A stretch of DNA of 64,000 nucleotides. Source: Patescibacteria group bacterium. GTDB lineage: Bacteria > Patescibacteriota > Minisyncoccia > UBA6257 > GWB1-50-10. Of this stretch, positions 1 to 9,015 are shown piece after piece. The stretch's first letter is position 1; every line of letters begins with the position of its first letter. Location: assembly GCA_038065455.1 (NCBI GenBank), contig JBBTQX010000002.1, forward strand, positions 6,779-70,778, given 5' to 3'. The translations under genes were made by a program, and so were the position numbers. Below the pieces are notes generated by a model. The model was not told where the DNA came from. It saw only the letters and a program-made list of their open reading frames with translations, and did not search any database.

Positions 1-146
1 TTCTCCTTCCTCTGTTCTAGGAAACGCACATGTACGCTGGTCGAAACTTTATTAAAATACCCTCCTGCCGATTGCAAAGCTGCAGACTCCGCCGCCGACA
101 TTTGAAATACCCTACGTCAGCCCGAACCGTGGAAAATAATAACATC

Positions 147-971
147 CTACTTCCCGATGTCAAACGAAGGGAAATTCGCCTCCTGGGGATAAAATACCTC
201 CCCTTCCGAAACCGCTTTTCCTTCGATGATTTCCCTGGCCAATCTCTCATAGGCCAAAGCACCGGGACTCTGGGGTGCGTAAAGCATAATGGGCTTTTGA
301 AAACTGGGCGCCTCGGCCAAGCTTACCGAGCGCGGAATCTCGACTTCGAAGACTTTGTAGGGGAAACGTTTGCGCACTTCTCGCGCGATTTCCCGCGAGA
401 GCCTTTCCCGCTTGTCATACATCGTAAGAAGCGCGCTCACGGATTTTATTTCGTGTCCCAGATTATTTTTCACCAAGTCCACGCTCTCCAGAAGCTGACT
501 CAAGCCTTCCAGGCTGTAATATTCGCACTGGACGGGCACGAGCACCTCGTCGGCGGAAGCCAAGCCGTTCACCGTCAAGAGATTCAAGCTCGGTCCCAGG
601 TCAATGAGAATAAATTCATAATTATTTCTAATTTTTTCTATGAAGTTTTTTAGATACCATTCCCGGTCCGGCAGATTCACGAGCTCCACGAGCGCCCCGG
701 CCAAATCCGGCGAGGCCGGAATCATCTGGAGATTCGAGAGATAGGTGTCCTTAATCGCCCGCTCCGGCGCCTGGCCGGCCAGAAGGATATGGTAAATGGT
801 TTCATCCGGCGCCCGCTGAATGCCGAGGCCGACCGTCGCGTTGTATTGCGGGTCGAAATCGATTAGAAGCGTCTTCCGCCCCGTCATCGCCAAATAAGCG
901 GAGAGATTCATCGCCGTGGTCGTCTTTCCAACGCCGCCTTTGGCATTGTAAATGCAAATTACTCTGGCCAT
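147..971 (-). CDS. parA: ParA/Soj-type chromosome partitioning ATPase
   Basis: Deviant Walker A KGGVGKTT. Start trimmed to the internal Met (MARVICIYNAKGG...) at 969-971, because the longer ORF would run into the tRNA. Confidence 0.8.
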   Translation of the reverse strand: MARVICIYNAKGGVGKTTTAMNLSAYLAMTGRKTLLIDFDPQYNATVGLGIQRAPDETIYHILLAGQAPERAIKDTYLSNLQMIPASPDLAGALVELVNLPDREWYLKNFIEKIRNNYEFILIDLGPSLNLLTVNGLASADEVLVPVQCEYYSLEGLSQLLESVDLVKNNLGHEIKSVSALLTMYDKRERLSREIAREVRKRFPYKVFEVEIPRSVSLAEAPSFQKPIMLYAPQSPGALAYERLAREIIEGKAVSEGEVFYPQEANFPSFDIGK

Positions 972-1014
972 TATGTTGATTTTAGTGTAAAAAAATCGTA
1001 TTATCAAATAAATT

Positions 1015-1101
1015 GCCTGGGTGGCGGAATTTGGTTTACGCGTAGCACTCAAAATGCTATGGCCTTCACTGGCCGTGTGGGTTCGAGTCCCACCTCAGGC
1101 A
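1015..1101 (+). tRNA. tRNA-Leu (anticodon CAA), type II with long variable arm
   Basis: Hand-folded cloverleaf: acceptor GCCTGGG/CTCAGGC, D-loop with GG, anticodon stem TAGCA/TGCTA, loop CTCAAAA, variable hairpin GGCC-ttcact-GGCC, T-arm GTGGG TTCGAGT CCCAC, discriminator A. The 3' CCA is not encoded. Confidence 0.8.
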
Positions 1102-1288
1102 CACATGAGAGGATATTTCAGAACCTCAAAGGTAAATAAATAATAATAAAAAATAATTGGCCTATATAATCGGCCTTTCATTGGGCGATGGCAACCTTTT
1201 TTCTTGTATTGTATCTGCCATGCTGATTGCCATATATCCGAGCATATCCCGCATGGTGCCAAATGTCCTTGCACATTACCGATTTCAC

Positions 1289-1317
1289 TTGACAGTAAGG
1301 TTATATTCTGCTATATT
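1289..1317 (+). promoter_or_regulatory. sigma70-like promoter (TTGACA, 17 nt spacer, TATATT) for the 66-aa ORF
   Basis: TTGACA at 1289-1294, 17-nt spacer, TATATT at 1312-1317; about 70 nt further down is an AGGAGG ribosome-binding site at 1384-1389. Confidence 0.45.
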
Positions 1318-1394
1318 TAAAACACTCTTAAAATGATTGGGAGTCCGGGCTACGAAGGTTTCGTGGCAAATTTGTATCTTGAAAGGAGGATCCT

Positions 1395-1595
1395 ATGGAT
1401 CCCAAACGACAGGGCGAGATCGCTCTCAAACTGGTGAAGCAACTCATGCGCAAGCGTGGCATCCAACTCTCGCAGGACAACATGCGCGAGTTCGGAAATG
1501 TCGCGAAGGCAATTGAGGTGCCTGTCGAGGAGCTGAAGCAGTTCGCCAAGCCCCTCATGCAGGAATTCCTCGACGAGTGCTTCTCCGCCAAGTAG
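1395..1595 (+). CDS. small hypothetical protein (66 aa, helical, lysine/glutamate-rich)
   Basis: ORF with a perfect AGGAGG ribosome-binding site 6 nt upstream, its own promoter and a terminator; no recognisable family. Confidence 0.5.
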   Translation: MDPKRQGEIALKLVKQLMRKRGIQLSQDNMREFGNVAKAIEVPVEELKQFAKPLMQEFLDECFSAK

Positions 1596-1707
1596 TAGTC
1601 GGGAAACTAGGGTGGAGCTTCTAGTTCCCTAAAAGGGTAATTGCACCTCGCCGTCACAAGCGGACAAGGGCAGAACAAGAACCTAACCCCATTTTCCGGC
1701 AATACAA

Positions 1708-1743
1708 CCCCACTATCCTTTAAAATAGTGGGACTTTTTTTAT
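1708..1743 (+). terminator. rho-independent terminator
   Basis: Hairpin CCCACTAT..ATAGTGGG followed by a T9 run. Confidence 0.6.
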
Positions 1744-1745
1744 TA

Positions 1746-2033
1746 TCAGTCGGGCTTCAACCATACATCATTCCCGGACCCATTATATTGCACCTTCTTT
1801 TTTAAGGATGGAAATCTTCCTGTTCTCGCCCCGATTATACCCGCGCCCAGCTTTCCGTTCGAGCGGATGACGCGGTGGCAAGGAATTTTCGGATTATAGT
1901 TGCCATTCAGGATATTCCCGACGGCCCGATAGGCCTTCGGCCGGCCCGCGAGCTTCGCGACGGCCTTATACGTCAGAACCTCGCCTTTCGGAATTTTTCC
2001 GACGATTCGAAGAACTTTTTCTTTGAATTCCAT
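1746..2033 (-). CDS. ogt: methylated-DNA-protein-cysteine methyltransferase (MGMT/Ogt DNA-binding/active-site domain only)
   Basis: PCHRVI active-site motif plus a helix-turn-helix region (TYKAVAKLAGRPKAYRAVGNIL). Confidence 0.7.
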   Translation of the reverse strand: MEFKEKVLRIVGKIPKGEVLTYKAVAKLAGRPKAYRAVGNILNGNYNPKIPCHRVIRSNGKLGAGIIGARTGRFPSLKKKVQYNGSGNDVWLKPD

Positions 2034-2254
2034 ATGTCGTCTATTTCAAATATTTTTTCTTTCGACATCGCGCCCCCGGCGAGCGCTATGTTTATCTTGG
2101 ATATCCCCAAAAATTCGGAAAGCGCGTCCGCAACCGCCTTGTTCGCCTTCCCTTCCTTAGGTGGCGCATTCACGCTCACCTTGTAGTGGGTTTCGTCGAG
2201 TTTTTCGACTTTTTCGTTTTTGGCGTTGGCTTTTACCGATACATATATTTTCAT
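1973..2254 (-). CDS. DUF167 (YggU) family protein
   Basis: KV.V.A.P.EGKANKAV...L...LGISK..I.L..G..S..K pattern. The C-terminal tail overlaps the ogt start by 61 nt in another frame. Confidence 0.55.
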   Translation of the reverse strand: MKIYVSVKANAKNEKVEKLDETHYKVSVNAPPKEGKANKAVADALSEFLGISKINIALAGGAMSKEKIFEIDDIWNSKKKFFESSEKFRKARF

Positions 2255-2296
2255 AAATTTAATTTTAAGTTTTAAATTTTAATTTAATGTTCAAAT

Positions 2297-3145
2297 TTAA
2301 GAAAAATAACTTTTTAAAATCTTAATGTTTCTTTTATCGGGACCGTTATTATCAAACCCGGGCACCTCCAAGAGCCACGCCTTGTCCCAAAGGCGCTTTT
2401 CCTTCGCGAGCGCTTTGAATCCCGGAAGGCCGACATAGCCTTCGCCGATATTTTCATGCCGGTCGTTGTGCGAATTCCAGAGGGTTTTGGAGTCATTTGC
2501 GTGAATGGCAACGACATTCTCCAAACCGATTTCCTTATCCACCCTGTCCGCGAATGCCTTAATATTTCCCGCGTCATATTTGACGATTCCCGATTCAAAA
2601 GCGTGGGCGGTATCCAAACAGATTTTTACGCGCTTCGAGCCGATTTTTTTGAAGATAAACGCGAGCTCTTCGATGGTTTTTCCGATTTTCTCTCCCCCGC
2701 CGGCGGTATTTTCCATCACGAGAAAACTTTTGCCCGGAACATTCGCCAAGACTTTTTTCATTCCGGATATCGCCTGATTCAGCGATTTTTCCTTATCCAT
2801 TCCAGTACTCGAGCCGATATGGAAGATAAGCCCGGCCGCCCCGATAAGTTCGGCGATTTTCAGATGATCCGACAGGTTTCTGATTGATTTCGAAACCAGC
2901 TCCGGATTCGGACTGCCGAGATTCACCAGATACGAGGCGTGGAGATAAGCCGGGCCGATGCCGGTTCTTTTTCCCTCCTCTTTGAATTTATTTATTTCAT
3001 CCTCATTCGGCAGCTTTGTCTGCCAGGTGCGAGGCGAGGCGCCGAAAATCTGAATGCAATCCGCGCCGATTTCTTTGGCGCGCCCGAAGGCCGTCCAAAG
3101 CCCGCCGGCGGTAGAAACATGCGCTCCGATTTTAGGCTTAGTCAT
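2297..3145 (-). CDS. nfo: endonuclease IV (AP endonuclease family 2)
   Basis: N-terminal IGAHVS..GG; TIM-barrel His/Asp/Glu metal ligands (HASYLVNL, HIGS, LVMENTAG, LDTAH). Confidence 0.8.
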   Translation of the reverse strand: MTKPKIGAHVSTAGGLWTAFGRAKEIGADCIQIFGASPRTWQTKLPNEDEINKFKEEGKRTGIGPAYLHASYLVNLGSPNPELVSKSIRNLSDHLKIAELIGAAGLIFHIGSSTGMDKEKSLNQAISGMKKVLANVPGKSFLVMENTAGGGEKIGKTIEELAFIFKKIGSKRVKICLDTAHAFESGIVKYDAGNIKAFADRVDKEIGLENVVAIHANDSKTLWNSHNDRHENIGEGYVGLPGFKALAKEKRLWDKAWLLEVPGFDNNGPDKRNIKILKSYFS

Positions 3146-3173
3146 TATTTAAATATAACATGGGCCCTAAAAT

Positions 3174-3258
3174 AAAAGGATCAGACGAATTAAAAAAGTG
3201 GGTAAGACTTGGCCTAGCGGCCCGGAGCGCACACTTTTTTGGTTCGGCTGATCCTTTT
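3174..3258 (-). terminator. nested inverted repeat / probable truB terminator
   Basis: AAAGGATCAG..CTGATCCTTT enclosing AAAAAAGTG..CACTTTTTT; T-runs on both strands; overlaps the truB stop codon. Confidence 0.4.
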
Positions 3259-4273
3259 AAGATATAGCACTTCCGGGAGGGACTTCCCTGTCTGGTTTCA
3301 ATAATACCGGCCCGCCGTCATTGGCCGCCAGGAGCATTCCTTGGCTCTCCAGACCCATCATCATTCGCGGCTCCAGATTCGCAACAACGATTATCTCGCG
3401 GCCAACCATCTCTTCCGGCAAGTAAACCTTCCCGACACCGGCTAGAATTTGTCGCGGTTCCGGTTCGCCTAAGTCCACTTTTAGCTTCAAAAGCTTTTCG
3501 GAACCTTCCACGCGTTCGGCCTCAAGCACTCTCGCGACCTTCATTTCTATCTTTTTAAATTCATCAAAATTTATGTTCATATTATTATATTTTTGTACCT
3601 CAGTGCTACAATTGATTGTAGCATCGGACTTTACGAGCTTCTCCAATTGAACGAGACTCAGGGATTCTTTTTCCGTAAAATCCCCCACTCTCGTCCTTTT
3701 GAGCGCCGCGAGATACGCGCCGGTTCCCAATTCTTTTCCGATATCGCGGGCCAAAGCCCTTACATAAACTCCTGGACCGGTCACGGCACGCAGTTCTAAA
3801 TAAGGCCACTCGTATTCCAAAATCTCAATCTCTTTTATCTCAGCTTCTCTTTCCAATAATACCGGCTTCTCGCCTTTTCTGGCAAATTTATAAGCTTCCT
3901 TACCACTCACCTTGATAGCGCTGTAAATGGGCGGAATCTGCTTGATTTTGCCGATGAATTTTTTTACCGCTTCTTTGATTTCCGAAAGAGCCGGCTTTCT
4001 GTCCGACACGGAGGTTTTCTCCCCCTCCTCGTCGTCCGTGGCGCTCGTCTCGCCCAATTTAATCTTGGCGAGATATTCTTTTTCTTTCTTCACTTCAATG
4101 CCCAATTTTTTCGTAGCTTCGCGGCCGACGCCCACGACAAGCACGCCTTCGGCCAAAGGATCGAGCGTTCCGGCATGGCCGACCTTCTCGCCTCCGGTAA
4201 TCCTCTTTATGCTCTGAACAATATCATTCGAGGTTGGGCCTTTCGGTTTATAGATAGCGAAGATTCCTTTCAT
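3257..4273 (-). CDS. truB: tRNA pseudouridine-55 synthase TruB fused to a C-terminal tRNA-binding (Myf/EMAP/CsaA-like OB) domain
   Basis: N-terminus KP.G.TS.D.V...K......KVGH.GTLDP.A.GVL; the C-terminal ~105 aa (KVARVLEAE..VEGSEKLLKLKVDLGE..) look like a tRNA_bind domain in place of the usual PUA domain. Confidence 0.7.
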   Translation of the reverse strand: MKGIFAIYKPKGPTSNDIVQSIKRITGGEKVGHAGTLDPLAEGVLVVGVGREATKKLGIEVKKEKEYLAKIKLGETSATDDEEGEKTSVSDRKPALSEIKEAVKKFIGKIKQIPPIYSAIKVSGKEAYKFARKGEKPVLLEREAEIKEIEILEYEWPYLELRAVTGPGVYVRALARDIGKELGTGAYLAALKRTRVGDFTEKESLSLVQLEKLVKSDATINCSTEVQKYNNMNINFDEFKKIEMKVARVLEAERVEGSEKLLKLKVDLGEPEPRQILAGVGKVYLPEEMVGREIIVVANLEPRMMMGLESQGMLLAANDGGPVLLKPDREVPPGSAIS

Positions 4274-5383
4274 TCAGAACTCACTTTGTAGGTCTTCGAG
4301 CAATTTCTTCGCCTTGCTAGATATATGTTTGGGCAGTTTCAAATTAAAAGTTATATAAAGATCGCCGCGCGAAGACGAACCGAGCTTCGGCATACCGCGA
4401 TGAGATACTTTCATTTTTTCCTGAAGCGAAAAACCGCCGGGAATCTTGACCGAAAACACTTCTCCGCTGATATCCGCAATCGGAATGTCTTTTTCGAGCA
4501 ATGCCTCCGCTATGCCGATATCCTTCGTAAGATATAGATCTTCTTTTTTCCTCGTAAAAGCCGAATGAGACTTAATTCTCACTATCACATAAAGGTCGCC
4601 CACTCCGCCCTGGCGCTCGCCCGCTTCGCCGGCACCATGAAGTTTGATAATCTGGCCATCCTCCACGCCCGGAGCAATATTCACGTTCGCTTCCCGATTA
4701 CCTGAAATTCGCCCTTTTCCTTTGCACTTCGGACACGGCGCTTTGGGTAATTGGCCCGAACCGGAACATTCGGAACAAATTCTCACTTGAGCGAATTGGC
4801 CGAAAAAAGTCTTGCGCTCCACGTTTATCTCACCCCGTCCGCCGCACACATTGCAGGTCTCGAAACCCTTGTTTTTATCATGGCCCAAGCCCTGACAATC
4901 GCCGCAGACGAGATAGGTTTTGAAATTAATCCGGCGATTGACGCCCCGAAAAGCTTCCTCGAGCATCAAATCCTGAACCGTTTCGATGTCCGAACCTTGG
5001 GCATAGGTCTTCCGCCTCTGGCCGGATGCGCCGCCGAACTGCTCAAAAATAGTCTCGAAAATATCGTTCAGGTCGCCGTTGCCGCCGCCGAATCCCCCAA
5101 AACCTCCGGAGAATCCGCCGAAATCGGAAGCGGAAAATCCGCCCGCGAAAGGATTGCCGCCGCCCTGGCCGCCTTCAAACACCTGGCCGAAGCGATCATA
5201 TTGCGCGCGCTTATCCTTATTGGAAAGGATTTGATAAGCCTCGTTCACTTCTTTGAACTTGCCCTCGTTGCCACCCTGCTTATCCGGATGATGCTGATGG
5301 GCCAGTTTGCGATAAGCCTTCTTTATATCCTCTTCCGTGGCCGTCTTTCCGACGCCGAGAATTTTGTAGTAATCTTTCGCCAT
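4274..5383 (-). CDS. dnaJ: molecular chaperone DnaJ
   Basis: J-domain with HPD; four CxxCxGxG zinc-finger repeats. Confidence 0.9.
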   Translation of the reverse strand: MAKDYYKILGVGKTATEEDIKKAYRKLAHQHHPDKQGGNEGKFKEVNEAYQILSNKDKRAQYDRFGQVFEGGQGGGNPFAGGFSASDFGGFSGGFGGFGGGNGDLNDIFETIFEQFGGASGQRRKTYAQGSDIETVQDLMLEEAFRGVNRRINFKTYLVCGDCQGLGHDKNKGFETCNVCGGRGEINVERKTFFGQFAQVRICSECSGSGQLPKAPCPKCKGKGRISGNREANVNIAPGVEDGQIIKLHGAGEAGERQGGVGDLYVIVRIKSHSAFTRKKEDLYLTKDIGIAEALLEKDIPIADISGEVFSVKIPGGFSLQEKMKVSHRGMPKLGSSSRGDLYITFNLKLPKHISSKAKKLLEDLQSEF

Positions 5384-6427
5384 TTAGGATAGGAGTGTAA
5401 ACTCGCGGCTCCGCGTTTCCAAATTGAAATAAGCGAATCCGAAAACAACGAGTATTTTGAAAATAATAAATGCCAATAGAGCGACAAACCAATATAAAAG
5501 AAAGAAAGCACTTTTTACCGTGAAGAAGAAAATAAACGAAACGGCCAACGGTAAAATCCAAGATGAACTGTTGAAAGAATTAAAATATTTCGCAACGATA
5601 TCATAAGCGAAATCGGCCGTTCCCTGAACGGGATTGAGATCCACAAACTGTTTTTTGAGGACTTCCAATAGCTGATCCGTGGCCTGATCGATGAATTTAT
5701 TCTGATCCTTCTGAGGCAAGGAACGAAAATCGGTCTCCGGACTTCCGGCGCTCACGCCCGGAATTTCCAATTTAGTCCGGCTTAATTTTTCGGCAGCTAG
5801 GCTCCGCAAAAGGTTTCGAACAGTTCCGTTCAAAGAAATACCCGGCACAATGACCCGCGCGACGGGTTCGCTTGCAGTAATGGTTCCCGACACTAGCCGC
5901 CGACCCATCGCTTCGGTGAATTTCCCCCATTCGAAATAATTGAGATAGAGAACGACCGAAAGGAATATCAAAAAGCCTGTTACGATTTTCGGCAGAAACA
6001 CTCTGGTGGTTTCAAAAAAATGGAGCTTAATGCCATTCAAAACGAAGTTCCGGCCGTGCTTCATCGCTTCGACAATGAAAACAAAAGCCACGAATGCTCC
6101 AATAAGAAGCGGAACGGACGTCTCCGGATAAACCTTATCCGGAAAAACGGCGAGCGCGGCGGCCACTTCCAAAAATGCGATAAGCGAAAGTTTTCCCAGG
6201 CCTTTTATGAAAAAAACCTGGAGAATAACCACTATCAAAAAGAAAGCGAAAGCGAGAACGGTCGGCCAGAAATAAACGTTATCCAAGCCGGAGATAAGGC
6301 GCAAAAAACCGGAGAAGGTCGCGAAGCTTCCCACGATTCCCAAAAAACCTAGAAGCAGTATCTTCCAAACACTGCGGTCTACTTCCGCTTCATGGGACTC
6401 ACTGGTTATTTGAAGGCTGGGTGTCAT
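5384..6427 (-). CDS. hypothetical polytopic membrane protein inserted between dnaK and dnaJ
   Basis: Multiple hydrophobic helices. Start set at the internal Met (MTPSL); it still overlaps the dnaK 3' end by ~29 nt. Confidence 0.4.
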   Translation of the reverse strand: MTPSLQITSESHEAEVDRSVWKILLLGFLGIVGSFATFSGFLRLISGLDNVYFWPTVLAFAFFLIVVILQVFFIKGLGKLSLIAFLEVAAALAVFPDKVYPETSVPLLIGAFVAFVFIVEAMKHGRNFVLNGIKLHFFETTRVFLPKIVTGFLIFLSVVLYLNYFEWGKFTEAMGRRLVSGTITASEPVARVIVPGISLNGTVRNLLRSLAAEKLSRTKLEIPGVSAGSPETDFRSLPQKDQNKFIDQATDQLLEVLKKQFVDLNPVQGTADFAYDIVAKYFNSFNSSSWILPLAVSFIFFFTVKSAFFLLYWFVALLAFIIFKILVVFGFAYFNLETRSREFTLLS

Positions 6428-8282
6428 CTTTTTTATTATAGAGGGCTTCCCCGATCTTTTGAAGCGAGGTGGAAAGTTCATTCGCCGCCGCCGTTATTGC
6501 TGCGGCATCGCTTCCTTCTTGAATTTCTTTTATTTTGGCGATTTTTGCATTCACGTCTTCTTTCACGTCTGCCGGGACTTTGTCCCCCGCGTCCTTCAGG
6601 CCCTTCTCCGCCGCGTAGACAAGCGACTCCGCCTGGTTCTTCGCATCGATGAGTTCGCGCTTCTTCTGGTCTTCCGTCGCATGTTCGGCCGCTTCTTTCT
6701 TGAGCTTTTCAATTTCGTCTTTATTCAAGCTCGTCGAAGCTTCGATTTTCACCGACTGAGCCTTGTTTGTCGCTTTATCTTTCGCGGAAACGGTAAGGAT
6801 GCCGTTCGCGTCGATATCAAAAGTTACTTCGATCTGGGGAACGCCGCGCGCCGATGGCGGTATGCCATCCAAAATGAATCTGGCCAATGTCTTGTTGTCG
6901 GCCATCATCGGACGTTCTCCCTGTCCGATGTGGATTTCAACCGAGGTCTGATTGTCCGCGGCCGTCGAAAAAACTTGAGTCTTCGCGGTTGGCATTGTGG
7001 TGTTCTTCTGAATCATCGGAGTGGCGACCGCACCCATTGTCTCAATACTTAAAGTGAGAGGTGTCACATCAAGGAGTAAAACTTCACCTTCGGTTTTACG
7101 TCCTTCTTTTTTAGCTAAAAGTATCTCGCCTTGAATTCCAGCCCCAATCGCCACCACTTCATCGGGATTGATACCTTGATGGGGATCCTTGCCGAAGAGC
7201 TTCTTCACGGCCTCCTGAATGGCCGGCATTCTGGTCTGTCCACCGACCAAAATAATTTCATTTATATCTGAAAATTTCAGACCAGCGCCCTTCGGAGTCG
7301 GCGAAGTGACCGCGTCTTTCACGAGATCAATGGAGTGATTGATCATATCGCCGACCAGAGATTCGAGCTTCGCCCGCGTGAGCTTCATCACTAGATGCTT
7401 TGGCCCCGAAGAATCGGAAGTGACGTAGGGCAGATTTATTTCGCTCTCGGCCGCCGTCGAAAGCTCGTGCTTCGCGCGCTCGGCCGCTTCCCGCAAACGC
7501 TGGAGTGCCAGAGTGTCCTTCGAAATATCGATGCCTTCCTGTTTTTTATATTCGCCCACGAGATATTCTATGATAACCTTGTCGAAATCGTCTCCGCCCA
7601 AATGAGTGTCGCCGCCGGTCGCCTTCACTTCCACCGTCTGTTCTTTAGTCTCCGAATCGTAACTCATTTCAAGCACGGATACGTCGAAAGTGCCGCCGCC
7701 GAAATCGTATACGACGATCTTCTGATTCTTTTCTTTCCCGAATCCATAGGCAAAAGCCGCCGCAGTCGGCTCATTGATAATGCGGTCCACTTTCAATCCA
7801 GCGATTTCCCCCGCATTCTTGGTCGCCTGCCTTTGGCTGTCGTCGAAGTAAGCCGGCACCGTAATAACCGCCTCATCAACCGTTTCTCCGAGTTTCGCCT
7901 CCGCATCTGCTTTTATTTTCTGCAAAACCATCGCGGATATTTCTTCCGGCTTATACCACCGGTCCGCCATTTTTATCTCCACGCCGCCCGTCGCCGATTC
8001 CTTTATCTCGTACGAAAGCCACTTGCGGTCGCGCTGGACCTCTAGATCCGAAAACTTCCGCCCGATCAAGCGCTTCACCGAATAAATGGTATTCTGCGGA
8101 TTCACTACGCCCTGCCGCTTACCCAGAAGACCTGTCAGACGCTCGCCTGATTTGTTGACTGCGACAATCGAGGGAGTGGTGCGCGCTCCTTCGCTGTTCT
8201 CCAATATTTTCCCTTCGCCGCCTTCCATCACCGCAACCGCCGAATTCGTCGTCCCCAAATCTATTCCCAAAATTTTTGCCAT
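6399..8282 (-). CDS. dnaK: molecular chaperone DnaK (Hsp70)
   Basis: IGIDLGTTNS, DLGGGTFD and the C-terminal substrate-binding domain; full length. Confidence 0.95.
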   Translation of the reverse strand: MAKILGIDLGTTNSAVAVMEGGEGKILENSEGARTTPSIVAVNKSGERLTGLLGKRQGVVNPQNTIYSVKRLIGRKFSDLEVQRDRKWLSYEIKESATGGVEIKMADRWYKPEEISAMVLQKIKADAEAKLGETVDEAVITVPAYFDDSQRQATKNAGEIAGLKVDRIINEPTAAAFAYGFGKEKNQKIVVYDFGGGTFDVSVLEMSYDSETKEQTVEVKATGGDTHLGGDDFDKVIIEYLVGEYKKQEGIDISKDTLALQRLREAAERAKHELSTAAESEINLPYVTSDSSGPKHLVMKLTRAKLESLVGDMINHSIDLVKDAVTSPTPKGAGLKFSDINEIILVGGQTRMPAIQEAVKKLFGKDPHQGINPDEVVAIGAGIQGEILLAKKEGRKTEGEVLLLDVTPLTLSIETMGAVATPMIQKNTTMPTAKTQVFSTAADNQTSVEIHIGQGERPMMADNKTLARFILDGIPPSARGVPQIEVTFDIDANGILTVSAKDKATNKAQSVKIEASTSLNKDEIEKLKKEAAEHATEDQKKRELIDAKNQAESLVYAAEKGLKDAGDKVPADVKEDVNAKIAKIKEIQEGSDAAAITAAANELSTSLQKIGEALYNKKDDTQPSNNQ

Positions 8283-8328
8283 ATTATTGTATTTTTGTTT
8301 ATTTTTATATTTAACCTTGACCTTTTGA

Positions 8329-8389
8329 CCGGGCAGTAGAAATTCGATCAGTTCTTCTGCCGTGTTGCAATCGAATTTTCACTGCCCGG
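8329..8389. repeat. E-family inverted-repeat element, short copy E1 (61 bp)
   Basis: CCGGGCAGTAGAAATTCGAT .. ATCGAATTTTCACTGCCCGG, near-perfect 22-bp arms; flanked by a TTGA direct repeat; the right arm encodes the last three codons and the stop of grpE. Confidence 0.6.
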
Positions 8390-8864
8390 TTGACAATTTC
8401 ACCCTGACGGGTTTTATGACTTTATTGTGCAACTTGTATCCTCCCGATACCTCTTCCGCTATCGTTCCCGGCGGCTCCGCGGCATTCACTTCGCCTATCG
8501 CTTCCGCCAGATTAGTATCGAAAGGGTCGCCGCGCTGAATTTTGATTCTTTCGAGGCCGTGTTTTTTCAAAATATCCTCGAGCTGACTCCTGATCAGCTC
8601 CACTCCTTTCTTCGCCGGATCGCCGTCCTTCAAGACCGAGAGGCTCAATTCGAAGCTATCCAAAGCGGGAATAAGGTCGGCTATGAGCATTTCATTCGAG
8701 AACTTGGCAAAGTTTTCCAGACGCCCCGCTTCTTCTTTTTTGTAATTAATCAGGTCGGCTTTCGCCCGCTTCCACCCGTTCAGATACTCCTCTTTTTCCC
8801 TTTCCAGTTTCGCAATCGGGTCTTCCGGAATATTATTATTATTTAAATCTTGTTCTTCGGACAT
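8379..8864 (-). CDS. grpE: nucleotide exchange factor GrpE
   Basis: Position between hrcA and dnaK, size, and GrpE-like C-terminal beta domain. Confidence 0.8.
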   Translation of the reverse strand: MSEEQDLNNNNIPEDPIAKLEREKEEYLNGWKRAKADLINYKKEEAGRLENFAKFSNEMLIADLIPALDSFELSLSVLKDGDPAKKGVELIRSQLEDILKKHGLERIKIQRGDPFDTNLAEAIGEVNAAEPPGTIAEEVSGGYKLHNKVIKPVRVKLSTGQ

Positions 8865-9009
8865 ACCAGGTTAGTAGAAACTCGATTGCAAATTAACGAT
8901 TTGCTGAATCGAATCATGATTAATATATTTAATTTGACCTTTCATATTATATTTTTCCATATCCATTGTTAATTTGACGGCAAATCTAATCGAGTTTTCA
9001 CTACCTGGC
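8865..9009. repeat. E-family inverted-repeat element E2 (~145 bp, MITE-like)
   Basis: ACCAGGTTAGTAGAAACTCGATTGCAAAT .. AATCTAATCGAGTTTTCACTACCTGG, with an AT-rich interior. It fills the whole grpE-hrcA spacer and abuts the grpE ATG and the hrcA stop. Confidence 0.6.
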
Positions 9010-9015
9010 ATGTTT

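Noticed and set aside
30-653. 207-aa plus-strand ORF
   Set aside because: It lies entirely antisense to the well-supported parA gene. It has no family signal and is a typical GC-driven shadow ORF.
1102-1105. Encoded CCA end for tRNA-Leu
   Set aside because: The sequence after discriminator A is CAC, not CCA. CCA is presumably added post-transcriptionally.
8329-9009. E1 and E2 as plain rho-independent terminators of grpE and hrcA
   Set aside because: The arms are 22-26 bp with homologous ~145-bp interiors shared with a third copy in the r-protein operon, and U-runs are not consistently placed. A repeat-element origin fits better, though a secondary attenuator role is not excluded.
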